Shown in pieces: positions 12,481 to 20,000 of a DNA stretch of 20,000 nucleotides. The position numbers and the translations under genes were made by a program. The notes under the pieces are model-generated. The model was not told the origin of the DNA and searched no databases. It saw only the letters and a program-made list of their open reading frames with translations. Position 1 is the stretch's first letter. Each line of letters opens with the position of its first letter. The stretch comes from Neovahlkampfia damariscottae. Its lineage: Eukaryota. The DNA lies in assembly GCA_016618085.1 (NCBI GenBank), contig JABLTG010000027.1, forward strand, positions 122,429-142,428, given 5' to 3'.

Positions 12481-12954
12481 ATGCCTAAGATTAAAACTAA
12501 AAGGACAAAAACTCCTGAAGGATTTGATAAAGTTGAAGAAACATTGAATGAACTGGAAAAAGAAATGAGAAACGCTGAAAATGAACCAACAGAAGGAAAA
12601 TCCAAATCTGAACTTTTTTGGCCAATAATGAGAAGTAAAAAACCAGTTGTAATTATTAATTAATCCTTAGTCAATCATAAGCGTTCGAGGTATATTTATG
12701 AAATGTATTATAAAAGAAAAGAAATTTCTAAAGAACTTTATGAATTTTTGTTACGTGAAGGTTATGGTGATTCTGTTCTAATTGCAAAATGGAAGAAACA
12801 AGGATACGAAAAATTGTGTTGTGTTTCATGTATTCAAACAAAAGATCATAATTTTAAAACTACATGTATTTGTCGTGTACCTCAATCAGAAAGAAGTCAA
12901 AAAAATATTCAATGTGTCACATGTGGTTGTAAAGGATGCTCATCAGGAGATTAA
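12481..12954 (+). CDS. BUD31: BUD31/G10 splicing factor
   Basis: [42 protein letters not shown]...TTCICRVP...[13 protein letters not shown]; intron 12635-12670. Confidence 0.97.
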
Positions 12955-13009
12955 AATGTCAAAAATTTATTCATTTTTTTTACATAGTCTTTATTTTTTT
13001 TTTTCAATT

Positions 13010-14959
13010 TTATCTAAAATATTTCTTACATTTCAAAGAACCACAAAAACAATCAATATAATCTTTGATTTTGTAATTATAATTAAATTCCAAAGGATCT
13101 CCTTTTTTAATATCTTTTAATGCAAAAAATGCAATTCTTGAAAATTTATCATCTCTATTATCAATGTAAATATTTTTTGCAATCAAATTTGGATCACAAG
13201 AATGATTAAAATATTTAGTAAAGTTACCATAATCCGTTGAATCAATGGAAAATTCATTTGTATAATTTTCAAATTCCAACATGTCAAACAAAAAACTACA
13301 ACCAACTTCGTCATAAATAATTCCTCTAGTTTCAGCTATTTTTTCTGATATTATTTCACCTTTATATTCACCAATGAATGTACCTTGTGGAATATCTTGC
13401 AATGATTTAACACTCCATCCAATTTTATCTTTAAAATATACTTCAAATTGAAATGAATCATTCATTCCTTTTTGAACTAATCTCATTGGACAATTAAAAT
13501 CACATTCACATTTCGAGTTGCATTCATAAATCTTTAAAACCATATAATTTATCAATTTATCATCAATATATGGTGGTGTTTCATTTTCTTTTGAACATTC
13601 ACATGATTCTAATTGATAACATGATAATCCAAATTCTTGTGAACAATTACATCCAGTTATAAAATTTTTATCAAATAATACATTTGAATCAACACCTTCT
13701 CCACATATATTTTCATTTACATAAATATTTGATTGATAATTTTCAAAATTCTTTTCATTTTTTAATTTGATTGGATGAAAACTTTTTCCTTGAGATATAT
13801 CATCTATTTCATAAAACGTGGAATCATTTTTTTTAATTTTCTTTTCTCTATAGAATTTGTTAAATTCATTAAAATTCATTAAATTTGATGAATTTGATAA
13901 TTCTGTTTCAATATCTTTGATTAAACAATCAATTTCTTCAACTGAATTAAATTTTTTAATTCTTTCATTGATCAAAAATTTTTGAATATTTTTTGGATTT
14001 CTATTGAAAATAAATGAAAAAAGGATTGAAATAATCCCAATATTTAACTTTTCTGATTCAAATTTTTTCAAAAAGTAACTTAATTTTCCTACTTCAAATT
14101 TTGTTAATTTCGAATTTTTTGGTAACATCCTTGAGAAGTGTAAAAAAAATAAAATTCGAAATATTACCTGAAATATATTAAATCTCTATCATTTTCATAA
14201 AAATTATTCAATTCGGACATTATTTCAATTTTCAATACTTTCGAAAATTTGTTTAAAGAAAATAAAAATGAATCATTTTTCATATCATTCTCTTTCACTG
14301 AAAAATCACATCTTCAAGAAAATGAAATTAAAACTAATAAAATACCTTTTTATATCAATTAAAACAGGATTTTCAGAAAAATAACCAAAAACAATGGCGT
14401 ACTCATTGCCATTTGAACGAGTTAAATTTCCCAAATAAATACTCATTTTCAAGTTATCTATTTTGACTAATTTATAATGATCAGTTGTAAATGTTGTAAA
14501 ATTATCTTTAGTAAACTGAATATCATCTGAGTAAACAACAGAAACTAATTTATGAATTTTAACTCGAAAACTAATTTCTTTTTTCAATTTTTCTGTGATT
14601 GAAATATCAGAATCTGATGAATCATCTGAACTTTCGTCTTCATTAAAAACTTCAATTTTTTCATTTTCCAATTTTCTTTTTTTTTCATTGCTAGAAATCT
14701 TAGTGTATTTTCTTATTTTTTTTGGTGGAATAACTTTGGTTTCGGATTCATTCATATCAAATTGAAGTCGGTTTAGTAATGATATAAATTTTGAATTCTC
14801 GTATTCTTCAGGTTTTACTTCTTCAATAGAAATTATTTTTTTACACTTGAGTATTTTCAACAGTGATTTTAAAACATTATTGGATTCAAAATTTATAATT
14901 GAAAGAAAGTTTTTGTTTAAATTTGATGAATTTGTTTTGTGTTGATCTCCACTAATCAT
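13010..14959 (-). CDS. Pre-SET/SET/post-SET histone lysine methyltransferase (SUV39/EHMT-type, probably H3K9) with long N-terminal extension
   Basis: Pre-SET GCNC...IYECNSKCECDFNCPMRLVQKG; SET GTFIGEYKGEII, NFTKYFNHSCDPN and KKGDPLEFNY; post-SET CFCGSLKC. Introns 14312-14345 and 14130-14167 join the two listed ORFs in frame. ATG 14959 has a CCAAT box 23 nt upstream. Confidence 0.88.
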
Positions 14960-15052
14960 TGTTTTTGAAGAAAACAATTTGATTGGACACAATTTAAGCG
15001 AGAAAAAGTTTATTTTCTTTATAAATTGTTTAATTAGAATAGATCTTCTTTT

Positions 15053-15776
15053 TTAATACCTTTCCCATTTTCCACCATCACCAAATATGTATTTCAAACA
15101 ATAATCATGTAGAAACCAAAAGAAATCAAAAAATAAATGAAAATAATAAAAAGGAATCATCTTCAATCCACATGAATTTCTTAAAAAATCACAAACAAAC
15201 ATATAACCAAATAAAATAACCATAAATGGTCCAAAAATTGGAAGTACTAACACTTTTTGATAAATTGTTGTTGGATTTGTTGGGATTGATTTCAATTCTT
15301 TGATATATTTCTCATCTAATTCATTTTCAACTGCTCCTTCAATTAATAGATTCATATATCTTGAAGATGGATATCCTGCTGTTTTTAGTTTGATTTTGGT
15401 TTCAAAAACGATTGCATTGATGACTGTTCCATCATATGTTTCTGCTTCGATGCTTGATAACCTATAAGCTCCTGGTTCTCCACCTTCTGATTCATAAAGT
15501 TCATTGAAGTCATCTCTTCGTAATTTTAGCAATACTCCATGACAAATGGATCCTTTGTGACGTTCAATAGTTCCCATTCCAGGTTCCTTTTAGAAAAATT
15601 AAATTTGAAATTTGAAGATTTACGAAATAGGGAACCATTGGAAAAAAAGAAATTCTCCAATTTCTAACTCTGGCTGGAACTATTTCTAGAGGTTTAATTT
15701 TTCTTCTTTGTTGAAGAATTTTGGATGACATATTAGAACCAAATGAAAAGTTCCAAATAAAATTCTCTTCTTTCAT
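15053..15776 (-). CDS. Gamma-glutamylcyclotransferase family protein (GliK-like, hydrophobic C-terminus)
   Basis: NFSFGSNMS loop, LYESEG (catalytic Glu position) and PSSRYMNLLIEGA; intron 15587-15623 joins the two ORFs. Confidence 0.85.
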
Positions 15777-15853
15777 GCTGATCTAAGCCAAAATGATTGG
15801 AGCATTCGTTGGCCAATTGGATTAATATTTTTTTAAGAAACAAAATTTAGTAA

Positions 15854-16696
15854 TTAAATCTGTTGACATTTGAAAATATCACATTTATCATTAATTTTAG
15901 TTACATGTTTTAAATCTTTTTCTACAATTGAGGATGCAAAATCAGGTGCAATTTTGAACCATTTAATTTTAAATCGATTTCTCTTATAAGAACTTTCAAT
16001 ATTTTCAATTTTACAAGTACATTCTTTTGTACTATAATCTGATTTCGAAAGTCCTAATCTTACAACAATCCATTTATCGAGATTTGGTTTAAAATTCTCA
16101 TATGAAATATCTTGAGATTCTGTAGTACCATTCAATGATATTTTGAAGTTGTAGTGTTGGTCTGTACCATTACATATTAACCAATATCCATAGTAATATC
16201 CATTTGGTAATACTTCTTTAAGTTTTGCTCCACAACTGAACCACCACAATGGTCTTTCTAATGTGTAAACTTTATTTTTCACTTTCCAATATTCACCAGC
16301 CCAAGCACCTCCAAATTTGTCTCCAGTTAGAACCCATCTATCACTAAACAACAAAAAATAATATTGTTTCCAAGTCAAATTATCATTTTCTTTTTTGAAT
16401 ATTCCAGAATGACTTTCAGTTAAATTTTGCCATGAATCTTCACTATCAAGCATCTTGTTGAACATTTTATTCACAGAAGAGAAGTTTATAAAATCTTTTG
16501 GTGGTAAAAATTTGCAGACACTATTTGTTAAATCAGTTATAGAAAATAGTTCTTCATAAAGACCTTCTGGCCAATAGATTATTTTGTTTGGGGTTTTTTT
16601 CTTTGTTTTTTCTTTTTTTTGAATGTTTTTGGATTCTGTAATAACTTCTGGGTCCTGTTCATCACTAACAGTGAGCACTTGTTTGAACAACTTCAT
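15854..16696 (-). CDS. F-box protein with probable PP2/Nictaba-like lectin C-terminal domain
   Basis: F-box-like VCKFLPPKDFINFSSVNKMFNKMLDSEDSW followed by TWKQYY; C-terminal GAWAGEYW...LERPLWWFS...LPNGYY...FKIKWFKIAP. Intronless. Confidence 0.7.
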   Translation of the reverse strand: MKLFKQVLTVSDEQDPEVITESKNIQKKEKTKKKTPNKIIYWPEGLYEELFSITDLTNSVCKFLPPKDFINFSSVNKMFNKMLDSEDSWQNLTESHSGIFKKENDNLTWKQYYFLLFSDRWVLTGDKFGGAWAGEYWKVKNKVYTLERPLWWFSCGAKLKEVLPNGYYYGYWLICNGTDQHYNFKISLNGTTESQDISYENFKPNLDKWIVVRLGLSKSDYSTKECTCKIENIESSYKRNRFKIKWFKIAPDFASSIVEKDLKHVTKINDKCDIFKCQQI

Positions 16697-16816
16697 TTTC
16701 TTTGTTGTGTATTAACCAATAACATTGTTGCATTTTGGTTCTCTATTTTTAGTTTCACAATTGCGAAATAAACTTTATTATTTCCATGGAATTGTCCAAT
16801 CATCTTCAATTAAAAA

Positions 16817-17179
16817 ATGAATGAACAAGAAGAACAAAAGGAGATCAAAAAAGAAGAACCTAAACAACAACAACCCATAAAAAATAAAACAAATATGTAT
16901 TGTCCAAATTGTAAAGAAATCATTGCAAAAACTGGTGTTTCAGATTTAGTGAAAGAAACACATGATTTTGAAGGATTAGAAGCCTTACAAAAAATAGAAA
17001 GTTGGTGGATATTCAAAGACATGTTTCATTTTGAAAATATAGGTTTCACTAAAATAGCTACAAAAAAAAATTTCAGATTTTTGTGTTGTGCAAGTTGTGA
17101 AAAAGAGATTATTGGATTTTGTGTTGAAGGTGAAAAGAAATTTTATTTGAGTAGTGATAAAGTTGAATACAAAAAATAA
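16817..17179 (+). CDS. RABIF: MSS4/RABIF Rab-interacting factor
   Basis: Zn ligands YCPNC and CASC; signature WIFKDMFHFENIGFTK; EIIGF. Confidence 0.92.
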   Translation: MNEQEEQKEIKKEEPKQQQPIKNKTNMYCPNCKEIIAKTGVSDLVKETHDFEGLEALQKIESWWIFKDMFHFENIGFTKIATKKNFRFLCCASCEKEIIGFCVEGEKKFYLSSDKVEYKK

Positions 17180-17183
17180 AAAA

Positions 17184-17967
17184 TCAATTACCACCATTAA
17201 TGTCAAGTATTGTACCAGATATAAAAGGACATAAATTTGATGACAAAAAAATAACAGATTCAGCAACTTCTTCTGGTGTTGCAATTTTTCCATTTTGTCT
17301 TTTTAATAATTTCTCTCCAAATTTTGGGTTTTTTTCAATGAACCTTTCGACCATTGGAGTTTTTGTGGTTGAAGGAGCAATTGCACTTGTTTTTAAAAGA
17401 AAAAAAATAATCTAACTTGATTCGTATATTTTTCGTTGAATATTCCAATGCAGAACATTTTGTTAATGCTTCTAATGCATATTTACTTGCACAATATTGT
17501 GAACAATTTTGAACTATTTCATGTCCTCCTTTTGACGACGTGTTCACTATTGAAAATGGATATTTTTCATCCATTTTTTGTTTTAGAAATTGTTCAATTT
17601 CATATTTCATACAAAGAAATATTGAAAAACAATTGATTTTCATGACATCCTCAAAATTTTTTGTTGAGATTTCATGTAGTGGTTTGAATTCTCCTTCAAT
17701 TCCAGCGTTATTGTGGCAAAAATGGAATTCACCATATTTTTTAATTGTTTGTTTGATCATATTTTGAACATGTTCTTCATTTGAAACATCTGCCTGAATA
17801 ACTATTCCTTCACCTCCAAATTGTTTAATTATTGACAAAGTATCTTCTGCAGTTTTCACATTGATATCAACAATTGCTACCTTTACTTTTTTTTTTGCAA
17901 AAGCGACAGCTGAAGCTCTTCCAATTCCTGATCCACCTCCTGTAACAATTGCCACTTTGTCCTCCAT
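17184..17967 (-). CDS. Classical short-chain dehydrogenase/reductase
   Basis: TGGGSGIG, NNAGI, NTSS, YCASK. Intron 17386-17416 restores IRINAIAP and a C-terminus ending ATPEEVAESVIFLSS...ISGTILDINGGN-TGA. Confidence 0.93.
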
Positions 17968-18190
17968 TAAAGATTTATCCAATAAAAAAAAAATGTAACA
18001 TCTTGAATGATTTCGTTTGACAATTTCAAACGAAGAAGTTAATGATGAAAGTAATTTCACCTTTCAAACTTTTGTCAATTCGAGTTGAACAACAAAATGG
18101 AAAAGGTTTAATTTTATGTTAAATTTTCTCTCAAATTTCTATTCATTTAAAAAAAATTAAAAATTATGGTTCAAGGAAAACTGATGACTT

Positions 18191-19140
18191 TTACAAATCC
18201 AATACATCTTTCAATTGACGATGAAATCCAAATATGTTTCCACCTAAAAAGATGAATATTTTCAATTTTAAATGTTACCTGAATGAATAATCAATGAATT
18301 GCCAGTGAGATTTTTAATAATTTCTGATGACTTTAAAAATAATTTTGCATTGTAAACAGGGTCCAATAAAACACCTTCATTTTGGGCGAAATATTTAATG
18401 TATTGAAATGTTTCCTTATTTGTTGAACCAAACGACTTCAATTTGTTTGGATACAAAACTTCATATGGAATCAACTCTAAATTTTCATTTCCAAAGATCT
18501 CATTTTTTATATTGAATAACTCTTCTTCAAAATTCAATTCATTATTCATTTGAATGACAAACACTTTTAAATTTTTTCTTTGTAATTTTGAAAACTTTAA
18601 AATGAGTGAAATAGCTGTTGTACCAGTTCCTGAATCAATAAATATTGAATTAAATTCAATATTATTATCAATTTCATTTTGTATAATATCATCACAAAGT
18701 GTCATTGATCCAAAAATTGATTCAATATTCGAAGCTCCTTCTTTGATTATATCAAATTTTTCATGACAATTTTTTTGTAAAAAATCATTCAAAATTGTGT
18801 TTAAATTTTTCCATTCTTTCCTTTCAATGAAATTAATTGTAGTTTTATCAATAAACAAACATGTAAGCAGTGAATTTCCAATAATATCTTTTTCTGTTCC
18901 TTTTACAAATAAAATCGGTTTTTTATTGTTTTGTATTAAAAATTGTGATCCAATTAATATATTGTTTGAATTTAAACTTCCAACTAATATAACTTTTTCA
19001 TTTTTCAAAGTTGGAAGTAATGAAATGTATTTTCTGATTTTACTGCCATATAATAATTCATCTTCTCTTTTAATAAAACAATTTATAGTTTTAAGTTTAT
19101 GAATTCTTGAATTCAAAACCCTCAAAACATTTCCTTTCAT
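18191..19140 (-). CDS. PLP-dependent D-cysteine desulfhydrase / ACC deaminase family enzyme
   Basis: FIKREDEL..GSKIRK (PLP lysine), SNN, EGA, DSGTGTT, LDPVYNAK. Intron 18244-18278 restores IHSGG; stop TAA at 18191-18193. Confidence 0.88.
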
Positions 19141-19247
19141 TTGGTTGTGAATGAATTTGAAAACGGCCAATGAATTGATGGTTATTGTGATAAAAGTGGC
19201 CAATTAGATTTAATTTTTCCAGTTATTTTTAGAATTTTTATTTGAAG

Positions 19248-19284
19248 TTGTTCAAGTTGAACAAAAAAGACCTTTTGTTCAACT
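19248..19284. repeat. Three copies of TTGAACAA in alternating orientation, including a perfect 12-bp inverted repeat
   Basis: TTGTTCAA (19248-55), G, TTGAACAA (19257-64); AGTTGAACAAAA (19255-66), 6-nt spacer AAGACC, TTTTGTTCAACT (19273-84). Confidence 0.9.
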
Positions 19285-19317
19285 AGAAAATACTGAAAAA
19301 GATCTCAAGTATTTAAA

Positions 19318-20000
19318 ATGTCCAAACAGCTCAAATTGGATTCATTTTGGAAAGAAAAAAATGTTACTTCAACATCAACAACAGAAGTGATAAAAAAGAG
19401 AAAACTTGAAGAAACAAAAAGTTCAACAAAAGAAACAGGAAATATGAAATCAACATATAAACAAGGAAAATATTCGTATCCTTTTTGGTGGACTAAAGAA
19501 AAAGAAGACATGCTACAAGTGAAAAGTATACCTCCAAGTTCTTCTTCTTCAGTTGACAAGAATATTTGTTGGACAAAAAAGTTGGTAGAACAATCTTCAT
19601 TAACAGAAGGTATTTTATTTTCATCAAAAGATGTTCCAAAAGAAAACAAACAAATTTCACATAAAACTGGTTTATCAAAAAAACAACTTGATACAGATGA
19701 AATTATTCGATCAAGAAAAATTCTTTTAAAACCAACAAGTGAACAAAAGAAAAAAATACAAGAATGGATGAGAATTATTCGATTCGTTTATAATTTAACT
19801 CATCATTTTGTTGAAGATTTTGGATATGATGCAAATTTTATGTTATTGAAAAACAGTATTTTAAATGCAAATGAGAATCCAGAATCTTCAAAATACCCTT
19901 GGTTGTTCAATAGAAAATTGAAAAAAATACCACGGGATGCTTTAGATTATGCTATTCAGCAATATGTCTGTAATGTTCACAGTTCAACAGAAATGCTGAA
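19318..20000 (+). CDS. Fanzor2 / IS607-type TnpB-like putative RNA-guided endonuclease, N-terminal 227 aa (truncated by the window edge)
   Basis: Hand translation is open from ATG 19318 to 20000, with an in-frame TGA upstream at 19294. Contains YPFW, RSRKILLKPTSEQKKKIQEWMRIIRFVYN (TnpB N-terminal HTH_OrfB_IS605-type pattern) and YPWL...KIPRDALDYAIQQY (REC helix pattern). The RuvC domain is not in the window. Confidence 0.82.
   Translation, partial: MSKQLKLDSFWKEKNVTSTSTTEVIKKRKLEETKSSTKETGNMKSTYKQGKYSYPFWWTKEKEDMLQVKSIPPSSSSSVDKNICWTKKLVEQSSLTEGILFSSKDVPKENKQISHKTGLSKKQLDTDEIIRSRKILLKPTSEQKKKIQEWMRIIRFVYNLTHHFVEDFGYDANFMLLKNSILNANENPESSKYPWLFNRKLKKIPRDALDYAIQQYVCNVHSSTEML

Larger units (their letters stand above)
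5150..19171. promoter_or_regulatory. Dispersed set of CCAAT/ATTGG boxes 12-32 nt upstream of host start codons
   Basis: Sites start at 5150, 7116, 8522, 8625, 12445, 14982, 15796, 16716, 16796, 17979 and 19167; second copies at 5188, 12426, 15813 and 19200. Confidence 0.75.

Noticed and set aside
14001..14048. Possible additional 48-nt in-frame intron in the SET gene
   Set aside because: It has GT...AG ends and a T-rich body, but it is frame-neutral, stop-free and longer than the other introns; undecidable without RNA data.
13010..14128. SETMAR-like SET-transposase fusion, or functional linkage between the SET gene and the Fanzor
   Set aside because: The protein ends right after post-SET with no transposase domain, and five unrelated genes separate it from the Fanzor ORF.
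19200..19235. Assigning a TAM or exact insertion site (e.g. TTAG at 19204 or 19229)
   Set aside because: Cannot be fixed from one copy without the right end or an empty allele.
19305..19678. Minus-strand ORFs 19305-19649 and 19493-19678
   Set aside because: Antisense shadows of the plus-strand Fanzor-like ORF, with no recognisable motifs.
1..20000. tRNA, rRNA, omegaRNA or telomeric repeats
   Set aside because: None recognisable; spacers are very short and AT-rich, and an omegaRNA would be expected downstream of the truncated ORF, outside the window.

Overview
AT-rich, gene-dense eukaryotic nuclear DNA using the standard code, with about 24 very short (27-42 nt) GT-AG introns and intergenic spacers of 4-225 nt. 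The EGF-repeat style and compaction suggest a Naegleria-like heterolobosean protist (inference only). Gene order: large secreted or surface protein (2x ConA-like, 22 EGF, LRR; minus, runs off the left edge), a disrupted phosphoesterase/phospholipase C with an intron-containing dynamin gene fragment embedded in its 5' part, Neverland/DAF-36-like Rieske oxygenase, strumpellin (WASHC5), BUD31, SUV39-type SET methyltransferase, gamma-glutamylcyclotransferase, F-box/PP2-like protein, MSS4/RABIF, SDR, and a D-cysteine desulfhydrase/ACC deaminase family enzyme. The most notable feature is missing from the ORF track: an intronless ORF from 19318 running off the right edge that has IS607-TnpB/Fanzor2 N-terminal motifs. 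It begins with a canonical PCNA-binding PIP box and an NLS, follows a triple inverted repeat, and lacks the near-ATG CCAAT box found at all eleven host start sites. Family calls rest on motif recognition by eye, not database searches.
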